A stretch of DNA of 64,000 bases, from NCBI RefSeq assembly GCF_006345805.1, contig NW_021825821.1, forward strand, positions 496,001-560,000. The letters run 5' to 3'. The notes beneath the pieces were generated by a model. It worked only from the letters and a program-made list of their open reading frames with translations. It searched no databases and was not told where the DNA came from. This document shows, piece after piece, positions 1 through 13,245 of this stretch; within the stretch, counting starts at the first letter, position 1, and each line of letters begins with the position of its first letter. Position numbers and translations under genes: made by a program. This DNA comes from Octopus sinensis (Eukaryota).

Positions 1-68
1 CGGCATCCGCTCATGTTCCGACTTAGCGTTCCCTGCTTTTCTCTCGTCTCTCTCCTCGAGTCACACGC

Positions 69-990
69 TTGTATTGGAAATTCTACGCTCCTTTTCTGAA
101 TTTTCCTTGGACACAAATGTGGCTCATTTCTACGAAGTCTGGAGGGAACAAGGTCTTGACTTTCCAGAAGATCGAATGTCTCAACGAACCTGAGATCGAA
201 TATGATGTAAGCAAACTTTCAATCTGCTGCTCGAGTCGTCCAACCAACACCGCCGCGCTTGCCTTTTTTCGGCAGCATCCTCGGCTAGTGGAGCTCGGCT
301 TTGTGCATTCCCGAACGCCTCATCTGGGACTCTCCTCTACGATGAATCGTTAAGGATCGGAATCTTTCTGCGCCTCGAGCTAAGGCAATGTGACCCGCAT
401 GTGTGTCGTTGTGGTTGCACTGTTGACCCTTTCAGTCTGCATCCATTATCGTGCAAGAGGAGTGTCGAACGTTTTCCAAGGCACTCGGCTATGAATGACA
501 ACATATGGAGGGCCCTCGACTCGGAGGGATTTCCTTCGGTCCTAGAACCACCGGTTCTTGTACCGCGTTGACGGGAAACGTCCTGACGGGATGACTCTTT
601 TCCCTTTTGAGGGCGGAAAAGGTCTCGTATGGGACGCAACCTGTTGAGATACATTTTCTGCTTCACACCTAGCGTGGCTCTGGAAGCTAAATCTGCTGCT
701 AAGAAGGCTGAAGATTTAAAGCTAACCAAATATTCTGCCCTTTCGGATGAGTTTTTCATGATGCCGATAGCGGTGGAGACGTCGGGTGCTTTTGGTCCAA
801 AGACAGAAAAATTCCTCCGCAAGCTCGGGGCCAAAATCTCCATTTGCACTCACGATCCTCGGGCAGTGGACTGGCTTTTCCAGCGGTTCTCGATCGCCGT
901 TATCAGGGGGAACAGTTTGGCAATCCGTCAGACCGCTGGACCTCCCATCGATTAATCTATTAACACTTCCCTTTATTTTATATTTTATTT
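69..990 (+). mobile_element. CRE-like non-LTR retrotransposon, 3' part (RLE domain), decayed
   Basis: Frames give CRCGCTVDPFSLHPLSCKRS..RHSAMND..FPSVLEP..DGKRPDG..WDAT..AVETSG..RFSIAVIRGN (CCHC + PD-D/ExK RLE); frameshifts and stops present. Confidence 0.85.
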
Positions 991-2032
991 CTAGACTTAG
1001 AAGACTAAATTTTAACTTAGTTTTTAGACAAAATTAGCTACAATGTGTTCCTCTTTTGTCAAAATTAAATTAAAGGAGGCTCGACTGCAATCTTTGTTTT
1101 CATCTGTAGACATCGTAATTTGCTTGACTTTTTATACGAATCGGAGCATATTTTCTGATCGAATAATATTCTATAGTACACAAAGGCAATTGAAATTAAG
1201 GTTGAAATAGTTGATGAATATTTTTTAGCAAAAATTTTTCATGATATTTGAAAAAGAGCTTCCGGCTGAAGAGTTCATATAGACTGTGAAGTACGCCCGC
1301 CGTGGGTTCGATTCCAAAGGACCAACTTTCCAGCTGGCGTCAAGTCTTTTCAACGTTCCCACTTATGAGGCGACGATTCCTTTTGGCACAACACAGTTGG
1401 AGAAAAAGAATCTCCTACCACCTGGATTACTCAATTTACTGTGGCGTTAGGCGGTCTACCAAAGATTTATCAATTCAAATTGATTTAAGAACGGTCAAAG
1501 GCCACCTAATGCCCGCCAAAAATCATTAGAATCTTTCATTCGGGGACATTCTCGTCCCAGGATAATACACTTTGTGTAGGATCAAACTGCTTGGAAAAAA
1601 TTCCTTGGCTCATAGAAGTGCTGCAAAGTGATTAGCAGTCGGTGCGGTCATACGTGAGTTCGTAAAAAGATTACGGAATCAGGTCGCTTACTAAGTGTAT
1701 CGAGATTACGGGATTAATTTGTTTATCGTGGTCTTGATTAAATAAATAAAACAAGCTAAATTGTTCCAAACACTGTTTTCCTTATCTAAATATATTATTA
1801 AATAACTAGTAATGTCCCGATCTAGTCCTTTTCTAAATGTTATTAACGCGAGGCACTGAACTGCACCTCCTCGGAAATATACACAGCCCGAGAAAAGGAA
1901 CAAGAGAACCAAAGCGGTGTCAAGTATAGCGACTTGTTTACCCCAATAATTCAGTTAGATAATTAAGTAATTTGTTAATTAAAATGTAAAAATGATTTTT
2001 TCAAAAAATTACGAGTAATAAAATCTGCTAAT

Positions 2033-5000
2033 TTATTTGGCCCGACTTTTATTAAACACTTTCTTTCCTTTGACAACTTTGAGAGTTCGAAAAAACTCCT
2101 TTTTTAGTTGTTTAGTTCTCTTCGTATGCCGAATTTCATCAGCCAATTTTTCACTCTCAACCTTCTCTCGATAAGCCGCATATTTCGCCTGTTTAGCTTC
2201 AATCTTTTCTTTATAAAGAGCCTTAAGCATCTCAACGGCATTGGCTGCCTAAAGAACCATCAATAAAACCGAACACCTTCTTTTCTTTCTCGTCCATAAC
2301 AACAGCGATTCGCTCACTCTGCACAACATCCTTTGGCCGACGAATTACTTTCGGTTTGCTATCAAAAGGAAGTTGCCGTTGGAGACTCCGTGGTATCTTT
2401 AGAGGGGCAAAGGAGGGTTCGACTCTTTCAATAGTCTGCAATTATCACAATTAAATCACCTTATAAACAGAGTCTTCATTATAAGTACTCTTCTGACCAG
2501 ACAGCCACCGTAGTTCTCCCACTGTCCTCATTCCTTTCCATTTACTGCGTTCATCTGGGCTGAGAAGATTAGATCTGAGCGAGTTATATAGTTTGGGGAG
2601 AGTCACTGGATGCCATGTCCTCATAAAAACAATATCTTATATATTATTAGTACAAAATACCTGACTCGAGAATTCGGTCTTCAAATGTGGCACGGAATGC
2701 CCCTTCGGGTGATTTAACCGCCTTCTTGACTATACCGCGAATCCCACTGACCGTTCTGACAGCGACACCTTCAAAACGACATACTTCCATCTCGGAATGA
2801 AACATGTCCTGAAAATACATCCACTTGACTGTAAACTCTAATAAAAGCAGTTTTCTGGTATATTTGATATGGATGTCCAATAAGTTTCAACTTTTTGACT
2901 ACTTGATATGACTTGTCAGAGTTAATAACAGTTCCTGTGGCCGCTATTCGGAACCCAATCTAGTGTGAGGACAGGGAACACAACCCTCTCATTCGGTTCC
3001 AACGACTGGACAGCAATTACCCCAGTTCCATGTGCCGTCACAGGGGCTATAAAATAAATATTGTCCAATACCATAAACAGTAGCGATGCAGTGAAGATTC
3101 TTTGGAGTGTACTTCAGAGCCCGAAGTCGCATGTTGTGGTCTTGAGTTGCAAACACTGCCTGCGACTGGAACCTCCGCCACCCAATCGAAAATATTAGAG
3201 GATCCATAGTCTTCAAGACCTTTGAATACCATCTGTGGAGTTTGAACCGAATCTGCTAGTCAGTATATTTGGATACCTGCAAATATGCTATTTGTTCCTC
3301 AATGGGCTGGACAACTCCAATAAGAATGGGGTAAGACGGATCGAAATGTTTTATAAACTCGCACGGAATATTGGCGACCTCCACTCGGACATACACCCCC
3401 GGTCGGTATCCTTCATATACACTCCGCTCATCCACGTCCATTTTCTCAAAGGTCTCTCGATTTAACTACATTATTCACACAAATAACAAAACCGCCGACT
3501 GCTTCTCGTTCTCTTCTTTTAGATTTTGCCAATGTTGGTCATCGTCCGTGATTCGATTCGACTTTGCATCAAATATTTTACGAATTCTTTCCTCTCGAAC
3601 TTGTGGGCATTCCTTGTCCTGAGCACTTTCCTCCTCCATATTTAAGCCTTCCTGATTTCCGCCAGTTTCCGAGGCTTCAAGGTCTTCGAACTCCCCATAG
3701 ACGTCCTCTGCCACATTAATAAGCAAATCAACCAGTTTCATCCATCAAATGTTGAGCGTCTTCCGAAGCAGCCCACTTACCTGTCACAAAGCAATTTGAC
3801 AGAGCCTCGCTGGGTATGTCCTCAAATCCCATCTCCGTGATTTCTCCCAAGGAATCAACCACAAGTTCAGACAAAAAACCGAAATCTTGACCAATTTTCT
3901 TCCTCGTTGATAATTGTGCTACTTGATTCTTTAAGCTCATGTGTCCTACAAAAATGACTTCAAAAACCTGACCGGTAGCATTGTCGGAATATATTAAAGA
4001 GTTCCAACCAACGTGGTCTTTCTGGAAGGAGACAATTCCATGTTGAGTATTTGTTTCCCACGAAGACAATCCTCCAAAGCCATTTCCCAAGTTTGGCCTT
4101 TTGGACATGGAAGATGATTTATCTACGTAATAGTCAACTGATTTAATCACCTCCAACACCCAACGAATCTCGTTGATTTAAAATCTATTGAATTTGATAA
4201 AATAACAAACTTGGTTTGAATCTTCACTGCACTCATCGGAATCATCAGCGCTTAGAATGAGGAGTTAAAACAAACTTTAAAGCCACTCCTTGAATAAACT
4301 CATTGCCCGTCTCATTCACAGCCAAATCGAATTGCGTGTTCGCAGTGGCCAGGGATGGAAGCAGAGGATCAGTTTGTTTCTAATAATGGACAACACTCAA
4401 AAACAGATTGTATGTTCTCCACGTATATTGCATCCGCGTCGTATAAAAGTCCGCCTAATCCAGCCATTGGAGCATAGATTGTCCGCTCACTGTTAAGCAA
4501 CATTCTTCCCTTCACTTGCCCAGGTAGGGGACAGGGATCACTCAACGGACGCACAGACGAAATCGCGAAATCTCCACAGCCAGCAATATGCACTGAGGCT
4601 CCATTCCTCAACAAATTCCCCCCTCCGCGGACATAACCGAAAAAGGCCACTTTCCGGTCACATTTCCCATTAGAAGCAGAAATGACATTTTCATCAGTCA
4701 AGTCCTCGACACTTGGAATAACAAAATCAAAAAACCGGTCTCCAAGCACGTAGGAGTGAGAGGATCGAAATTCGACGGACTTGAAACTCGTAACTGACAA
4801 AGTACGGGCCATTTTCTGTATCTCAACCCGACTGTAATGAGAATTTTTGAATACTGTCAAATAAAATAATTTTGCTCCCTAAAAGTGAGAAAAAATAAAA
4901 ACTGGGTGGATCTCGGTCCAGAATCTGTGCTTGAGTAGTTTTTTGCGCTTTTTAAGGCGTTTACTGTCAGGGAAAGTGTCGAGATGGGTAAGGACTCCAA

Positions 5001-5579
5001 TAATCTTGGGCATTCCAAAGCTCTGACAAATGTTCATAAACTCGAATGTTTCCATCTCAAAGCCGAAGGACGCGTCCATCAACATGAGGACAACATCGGC
5101 CAATTTTGCAACATCAATCATCGAGTTGAGATCATTATTCGATTCGATGAGAGTAATTCTCCTCGTTTTGTCTGAAATGGCATATTTATACACAAACTGA
5201 CTACAACGGTGATCGGGCCAACTGGCTGAGAGCAGGTTTGATGGGTATAATATCGAACCAGTGCTTTAAGGAGGGTCGTTTTCCCTACTTTTGGGGGACC
5301 AACTATGGCCACCACCATTGGAGGGGGGTTGTCTGTATTTGATCGGTCCATGACTGGAATTTTGTGTTGTTTGACTTTTAAATCAAGAGCTCTGAGAATC
5401 AATAAATGAGACTACCTGTGTACGAATTTTTGAGTTTTTTGGACTGATCGGATTGCAAATGCTTTGGGGTTTCCTTTTGTTGAACCTGTTGAAGTTGGAT
5501 CCATATTTTTAGTTTTCTTTTTCCGAGCTTTGGGGCCAGCTTTCCTTTTATAATGAGGTTTCTTTGAATTATCCTCCAT
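2033..5579 (-). CDS. BMS1: Ribosome biogenesis GTPase BMS1, multi-exon
   Basis: MEDNSKK..NPKAFA..GPPKVGKTT..DASFGFEMETFEF..GVLTHLD..HRFWTEIHPGAKLFYL..CFVTGKW..GWRRFQ..RTVSGIRG..ATFEDRIL; ORF pieces join via about 15 GT-AG introns of 24-28 nt (e.g. 5392-5415, 5172-5197, 4879-4902); some central exons less certain. Confidence 0.96.
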
Positions 5580-5740
5580 TCAGAAAATTCAGCAATCTGA
5601 TTAACAACAAAAAAAACCACACGTGAATAATTTCAAAAATATCTTAAATTTATTAATTAGTCCAATCCAAAATCTGTATTTTTAAATACATTTTATATAA
5701 CTAATTTACTCTGGATCTCGTGAACCTCCTTTTATTTCAG

Positions 5741-5846
5741 TTTGGAACTTTTCTCGATAATGACTGTGTAAGGATCGGCGTACTAATGCGCTTGGGCCTT
5801 AATATCTGGTCGGGGGGCCAATGCCGATGTGGCAGTGAAGTTGATA
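5741..5846 (+). mobile_element. CRE-like element, left half of a copy split by a LINE
   Basis: FGTFLDNDCVRIGVLMRLGLNIWSGGQCRCGSEVD matches the pre-RLE zinc-knuckle region of other copies. Confidence 0.75.
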
Positions 5847-8800
5847 TTAGGAATATAGGAATAGGAAGTTTTATTGGAAACAGAGAAGGGTTAAAGGTTA
5901 GGGGGGAGTTTGTATAATGAAACAATAGGACTACCCTATCGACTTCTTCCCAGAAAAAAAGAGACCCCCTCAAGTAAATTTTTTTTTTTTTTTTTTTTTA
6001 TTTATTTTTTTTTTTTCTTTTCTACCTCTGCAGGTACGTCCCAGTGACAATTGAGTTGGATTTATAACCACTTATAGCTTTTTCGACAGTTTCACCGACC
6101 ATGGAGGATTTACTTTCAAGCCACAGGGGGATTGGATCTTCAACTTTTTGGTGGTAAGCAAGCTTCAAAGCGAGCCTGCGAGACTTTTCAAATTTAGTTA
6201 AGATGGTGTCCTTCTTTTTAGAGAAAGACCATCCCTCTTTTCCGTATAGTAGTCCCGGTAGGATCACCGTATTGAAAACGTAGAGGAAAGTATCAGGCTC
6301 CAAATTTAACTTCCTCAGGCAGAACAGAGCATTAGTTGCTTTCCTTTTACTTAATTTTGCGTTTTCGAGATAGTTTCCCTTTTCATCGATGAACAAGCCA
6401 AGATATTTAATTGAGTTTTGTCGAGGTATGTTCTTGATCAGGCACGGTAAATTTATTAAATTTCTGCTTTCTGTGATTCTCAGTAATGCGGACTTCTCAC
6501 GCGCAATAATGAACATATTTTCATCGCACCATTGCTCCACTGTATTCATATATGATATAATCCTTTGTTCGGATAAGGCAGGTTTCGATGAAATGTCAAG
6601 GATTACAACATCATCGGCGTATATCAAAATTTCCGTCCGTGTGTTGACAGGAGACGGCAGATTGCTCATCACAATGTTGAATAATAGAGGACTGAGGACT
6701 GATCCTTGAGGGACGCCTCTTTTAAGTTTCAGTTCATCCGAGTCATAGTTCAGAAAGCTTATCACAGAGCGCCTATCGCGGAGGAAGTCTTTTAGCCATA
6801 GGAATAGTCCTTTGTCTATGTGACACTTCGCCAGATGTCTAAGGAGACCGAGGTGCCAAACCATATCAAAGGCTTTTGAGATGTCTAGAGACACAATTGT
6901 CAGACACTCTTTGAAATCCAGAGCCTTTACAATCGACGAATTGAGTGTATAAAGACAGTCAGCACAGGAACGACCCCTCCGAAAGCCCCACTGCACGTCT
7001 TTGAGATAACCATTTCTCTCGACGTGTTCAGAGAGTCGTTCAAACATTACCCTTTCCATTATTCGACTGATGGTAGGAATTAGGCTTATAGGCCTATAAC
7101 TTGTCGCCAAGTAACCAGGTTTTCCAGGCTTCCGTATCATCCTTACCTCCGTCAGTTTCCATGAAGAAGGGACGTATCCCAAGCTCACACTGCGGGAGAA
7201 GACATCCCAAATATTCGTAAAGTTGTTTGGGAGCTTCTTTGAACATGCGCATGGTTATCTTGTCCTTTCCCGGAGCGTTATTTTTGGAGTATCTAACTGC
7301 ATTTTCCACGTCTTTGCACGTTATAGATTCCGAGCACATTGGTAATGAGCTAAGATTGTCTTCCAACTCTTTTTCCATATCAAACAAAGCTGAATCAGAT
7401 AGATTTGTATCCGGATTGACTTCTTGTATTCTTTTGAGACTATCAGCAAATATGTTCGGGATTTCTTCATGAGATGCAGGGGATCCATCTTGTTTTAGCA
7501 GTTTAGGTATAGTTTTCTCAGACGTCGAGGTTAATTTCGAGTAGACCTTCCAAAAATTTGGACTTCCTTTATGTAGCTTTTTGCACTCAGTATTCCATTT
7601 TTTATCCTTCGCCACCTTCGCCGATTTTCTTATTTCTTCCGTAATGGTGAAGATTTCACTTTCCAAAACGGACCGGTCACGAAAATCTGCGCAGCGCCGG
7701 AGTTTGTTCCTTAGACATTGTTTTTTCCTTAGTAGGATTTCAACATTCATGTTTGGCATGTGAGTTTTCCTATTGTTTGAGACGATTTTTGTAGAATATG
7801 TTTCCAGATAAGACTTTATGTATCCAATAGGGAATTGCTAGACTTCTCGAGGTCCTCAGATGAAGAATTTTCGTCAAGTTTAGGAGCGAAATTGCTCAGA
7901 TAAAGTGTAAAACATTTTCGGTAGTGTTCCCAGTTTATAGTCGAGAGGTTATATCGTATAAAAGTTGGTTTACCCTTTAAAGGTCCAAGGTTGAGTTTGT
8001 ATAAAATTGGTAGATGGTCACTTCCAATATCATTTAAGGTGTACGGTTGTTCCATAAATTGAAGAGTAGACATAGAGACCAATGCTACGCCCAAATAGTC
8101 CCACCCTCCTGGTGAGTATGATTTGGGGTTTTTGATGTGATGACCGAGAAACTGAGAGATTCTGAAAGCTTCTTAAGAATGATGCCATCCCTGTTGGTTC
8201 TCAGACAGCCAAAAGATGTGCATTTGGCATTTAGATCCCCGAGGAGTATTGACAAATGATTGTGTTTATCGGCAAAAAAGTCCTTGATAAGCGATGAATA
8301 ATTGGAAAGGGATTTTGAGTACATCCCTCCGATTGTTACCCACCCTTTTTCCAGAAGGACGTCGATTGTGAGGAATTCACACAATTCCTCGGACACAATT
8401 TTTAGATTTTTCACCCTTAGAGTTGATTTGTAGTAGATAGAAGTGCCTGTTCCAGCGATCGAGCCCGGCTTCCACTTAATATCAAGGGAACGATAGCCAT
8501 CCAAGTAGTAATCATCATGTTTTTTGATTTTTGTTTCGTTTACGATCAAAAGGTCCACGGGGTTATGGGATAACATATCCTCAATCTCTGAACGCCTTCT
8601 CTTTAGAGAACGTGCGTTCACAGCGATAATAGACAGAAAGGGGCTCACGCCTGATCAATCCTTTCCTTCCAAGAGAAAGGGACAACAGATTGTTGATATC
8701 GAGGCCTTTTTCATCGCATATAGCGATTATTTTGCGAATCATAGAGGTGAGCTCAACGTCGATAGTTGGTGCTTTCCTCTTAAAGCGGGTTGGAGGCTCT

Positions 8801-9830
8801 GTGTGTTGTGTATTGGGAGGCAAAGTTGCGTCTTCACTAACATCTGTTTGCGTTGAGGAGTCAAAACAGCGGGAAATTGTGGGTTTTCGCCATACAGATT
8901 CAACGGCCTCCGCTTTTGACCATACAGTTTTTGAGTGTTCTGCTTTGGCCAGTCTGTCCCTGGCACTGAGCTGCTTTTTTAGTTGTTCAGTGGCTGCCTT
9001 AGCTGAAGAGCAGCCACCGTAGCAAGCCAAATGCCCACTCAGACCGCAGTTTATATACATTTTTTCTCAGTTTTTCCTTTAATCGGGCACATTTTCATAT
9101 TATGATCACCACCACAGAAAAGACATCTTTCCACTTCTTTGCAGAAGTTAGCAATGTGACCAAATTGTTGGCAGCGAAAGCATCTTGTTGCTGGGTTTTT
9201 AAACCATTCGCATCGTATTTTTTGAAATCCCACTTCGATTCCCATCCTTACAAGCGAAGTGGCTTCTGCCCTCGAATTCAGACTCAACTTTCCAACAGGT
9301 ATACTCCGTCCATTTTTGTAGAACCGTTGGAAAGTAAAACCGGGGTTGAGAATTTCTTTGAGGTAAAGATCCAGGTCTTCCTCGGAGACCCAAGATGGTA
9401 TTCCCTTCAAGACTACGGTCGATGGTTGCAGACTGCACGCAGAAATATAATGGCCGTCCTGGCCAAATGGTTTGTTATACTCGAAGTCATTCACAAACGA
9501 GTCCCTATCACTAGAATTTGAGAATTCGAGGGTAAAGTCCCCAGACTTCCTGGCAGTAATTCGGGCCTTCTGTGCAGTCTCGGATTTGGTTAGAATATTA
9601 AAGGACTTTATTCGTCCAATCGCATAATTTTTTATCTGCAGCGAGAGGACAAGAGACTCAGTACAGTTTGGATTGTTCAAAGAGACTTGAGAGGAGTGTG
9701 ACCCCTCCTCATCTTTGATACGGATTTCATCTTTGCGTTCAAGCTCTTGAGACACAGAAGATTTTGAGTTTTTGATAGTTTTATTTTTTGCACCACGAGA
9801 AACGAAACGTGTCATGCCCGAAACCAATGC
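5846..9830 (-). mobile_element. Near full-length Jockey/I-group LINE (gag-like ORF1, APE, RT), frameshifted
   Basis: ORF1 from about 9815 with three CCHC-type knuckles (CFRCQQFGHIANFC, CLFCGGDHNMKMC, INCGLSGHLACYGGC); APE (VNETK, ILLGDLNAK, GSDHLPI); RT (QWGFRRGRS, LDISKAFD, GVPQGSVLSPLLF, YADD); 3' UTR with AATAAA then TTCCTA-like tail repeats at about 5846-5868. Confidence 0.9.
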
Positions 9831-9844
9831 AAAACACAAAAATC

Positions 9845-10250
9845 GATAAGGATTACACCCCTTTTCATGCAGAAGGAGTGTTGGCCTGCACCCAGACACT
9901 CGCCATCAACAAAACCATTTCGGCCGCGTTACAAGCCGCTGGATTCCCTACTGAACTGGAACCTGTGAGGCCTGATGTGTAGACGGGAAACGCCCCGATG
10001 GAGTCACTATTTTTCGTAGATTAATAAGAACCTAAAATTTCGAAATAATCTAATTTGAAAGACAACGTGATCTTTTCTCAGATCTGCTTTGAAATGTTCG
10101 TAGCAATGACCAACAAATCTCTGAATCTCGTTAGGAGAATCGTCCAACTGATTGCCAGAAGACGATGAGAGTCTCGAAGAAACAATGTCTGTTTCAAAGA
10201 ATCTTCATTGCGATCCTAAGAGGCAACGTCTTCTCGATCATTATCAATTT
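9845..10250 (+). mobile_element. CRE-like element, right half of the split copy
   Basis: [43 protein letters not shown], then a decayed 3' end (RISLAILRGN-like) at about 10190-10240. Confidence 0.75.
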
Positions 10251-10276
10251 TAGAACTAAACTGCCTTAGTCTAGTC

Positions 10277-12336
10277 CAGTGATTCTCAAGCTTTTTTGCT
10301 CAGGGGCCGCAAATTAAAAAAAAAATTTACAGGGGCCGCAAATAATTTTTAAGATTATTTATTAACCAAATAATCAAAATTAGGTTTAATTCTACTTGTT
10401 GAAGTACGTAACAAATCACTCAGATGAGTATCAGTCAATCTGCTGCGAAACTTTGTTTTAATTCGAACGAGTTTACTAAATGTCGATTCGCAGACATATC
10501 TTGATCCAAACATTGCTAAATTTTTCTTTGCATTATTGACTAAATTCGGAAATCGGTTCTCTGGAATTCTCGAATAAAAGTCAATTATTGAAATGTTGTT
10601 GAACAAACTTTTCAGTTCAACATCATTTTGCAAATCAATCAATTCCAGTTGGTAAATCCCGGAAACCTCCTCACTTTTCATAATTAATGGAGATGCAAAT
10701 AATCTCATTGAATTTGCACCTTCTTTAAAGCTCTGTCAGCTTAAATTAAATACTAAAAACATGAAATCTTGCATCAAATTGCAAATTTAAATCTTCAATT
10801 ATTTTTAAATATTTATCAGTTGAGCCACTTTCGGAATTTTCTGACAAATAAGGAAAATGTGTGTAATCATTATTTGATATCTGCGCTTTCCATAAAATTA
10901 ATTTCTTAACGAAGGCATTTATATATCCATAAATTTGATAATTTAGCTTATTTTCCCCTTGTAGTTCGACATTTAGGGCAGACAGATGCACCGATAGATC
11001 CACATAAAATGCTAAATCTGCTACCCATCTATTGTCTTTCAATAATGCATTGTCCACTTTATTTTCAGTGAATAAAATAATTTCAGGGAGAAGTTGATAA
11101 AATCTAAATATAAAAATAAAAGAAATTAACCTTTTGAGACAAGAGCTACGGCTTAACCATCTTACTACTGAGAAAAGAAGGACATCGCCATAATCCGAAT
11201 CGGTTTCAGTTAAAAATGTTTTAAATTTTCGGTGATTCAAGGCGTTCGCCCGAATCCAATTGACAATTTTTATCACTACTTCAGAAACATTTTCCATTTT
11301 AATATTTTTGGAAATTAGGTTTTCCTGATGAATAATGCAATGATGCCATAATACTGGAGTCCAGTTATTATCACACCTCCATTTATTCATACGTCCACGA
11401 AAACCAGTTTTACTGCCAATCATATAAGGGGCTCCATCAGTTGAAATTGAAACTAATTTTTTTGGATCCAGTTGATAATCTTCAATTAATTTCACAATTG
11501 GAGAAAAAATCTGTGTTCCTTTAGTTTCTCCGTGAAGTGAATTCAATGAAAAAAATTCTTCGTATACTCGAAAGTCAGATGTTACTCCCCTTATAAACAC
11601 TACTAATTGTTCGATATCTGAAATATCTTTGGAACAATCAAGCGCAAAAGAATAATATTGAAAATCTTTACAAATTCTAAAAATTACAAAACAATTTGCA
11701 TACTGTAAAAGTTCGTTAATCAGATTATCAGATATATCACTGACTCTTCTAGTAACAGTATCGTTACTTAGAGGTAACTTGTGTGCAATATCGAAAACAG
11801 CGGGCGAACAACATTCCGATGCAAATATTTCGATTGCCGTTTTATATAATTCGCCATCAGAATAAGGCTTCATATTTTTAGCCAATAGGTAACTAATTTT
11901 GTATGATGCCAGGTTAATATTAGACGAATATGTGCCACTTTTGAAAGTAAATGATCGTTTTAAATAATCTTCTTTCATTTGTTTTAGTTTTTTCGTCCGA
12001 GAAACACCAGTGAATTTGTCATAAAGAATAGAGTGGAAACGGTAGTGCCGTTCGATTGTATACGTTTTTAGAGTTGCAATAATAGAATGGCATATTAGGC
12101 AAAGAGCCTTTCCATTGATCTCAATAATGAAATATTTTTCTTCCCAGATGTGTTGAAAAATCCTATTTTCCTCGGAAAGTTTTCGACAACGTTTAGAATC
12201 AGACATCACAACAACAAATAAAAAACGTGACATTTTTTTATTCATAAAATTTAAAAATATTAAATTAAAAAATAAAACATTTATAAAACCTAGGGGCCGC
12301 AAATTAAATCCTAGGGGCCGCACTTGAGAATCACTG
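10277..12336 (-). mobile_element. Intact Buster/SPIN-type hAT DNA transposon
   Basis: 14-bp TIR CAGTGATTCTCAAG at both ends; perfect 8-bp TSD GTCTAGTC (10269-10276, 12337-12344) with central TA; subterminal AGGGGCCGC repeats. Confidence 0.97.
10355..12206 (-). CDS. hAT transposase (SPIN/GTF2IRD2-like) with three tiny introns, about 589 aa spliced
   Basis: BED-like CLIC..H, YSFALD, ISTDGAPYM, HCIIHQE, VRWLSR, FGSRYVCESTFS; introns 11677-11703, 11104-11130 and 10733-10760 give a 1770-nt stop-free CDS. Confidence 0.9.
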
Positions 12337-12369
12337 GTCTAGTCCATTAGTTACTCTTTAATTTTTTTT

Positions 12370-13150
12370 ACTTAAATAACGATATCCAAAAGTAAAAAGA
12401 TAGCTAAGCTAATTAAAGGCCTCACGAGACACCCGGCCAGCCTCGCGAATCGCGAAGCCGTTCCCTCGGATCACAGCAATCGACAGACGTTCCAGGAGCC
12501 AACAAAACTCTCTTGGATCGTGGCTAGTCCTTGAAATCCGTCGACCGAGCGAGCGAAGGAAGCGGAGTGTCTTGGGACCGAAGATCCCGGAGGACTCCAC
12601 GGCAATTGTTGTAAAGAACAGCGAGTTGGAGAGGTGCCCGTACTTGAGAATCTTTCGCTCCTCGGCCTGCCTGGAAGCGTGCCCAGGATTGGCGGCGGAC
12701 AGAGCGAGATTTCCCAGCGAGAACGTGTCCGAACAGGTAGAATCCCAAATAAGGGATTTCCCCTGCTCGTATGGGAAGGTGGACAACCCGTCTGGGCGTT
12801 TGCCATCCCCTCTATTCAGTCCAACAGGTTCAAGGATTGACGGGATGCCAGCTGAAGCGAGGGCTCTCTGTATGATCGAGTAGAGTTCACTGTGACGGGG
12901 GGCACGACCGGCACTCCGCCGGCAAGCGAGGGGATGCAAACCGTACTTGTCAACAGTTCCTCCACAACGGCATATGTGCGTCTGGCAGATTTTCAGCCCG
13001 AGAGGAGGGAGATTGCAATTCTTAGGCATTCCTTGTCCACCAGGTTCCCGATGGAAGGGAGAGCCTTTAATCAGACACCGCTGCCTTCGCAGCGACCTGC
13101 ACGGAGGCAAGCGACACGGTGTTGATTGGAGACAGGAAGGAGGCCTTGTC
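12370..13150 (-). mobile_element. CRE-like element, 5'-truncated 3' part
   Basis: HICRCGGTVDKYGLHPLACRRSAGRAPRH..GDGKRPDG..IWDSTCSD..AVESSG..RLSIAVIRGN; short 3' UTR and A-rich tail. Confidence 0.9.
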
Positions 13151-13245
13151 TTCAATTTTATACATGAAAATCAGATTTTATATAACAATCACTCCAGATA
13201 TGAAAAATAAATATTAAACACAAGAACATTTATTAAGAAAAACAT

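Noticed and set aside
1260-1930. tRNA B-box-like GGTTCGATTCC at about 1305 and an RNase MRP-like GTCCCC motif
   Set aside because: No A-box, cloverleaf or remaining MRP motifs; region looks like decayed unidentified coding or TE sequence
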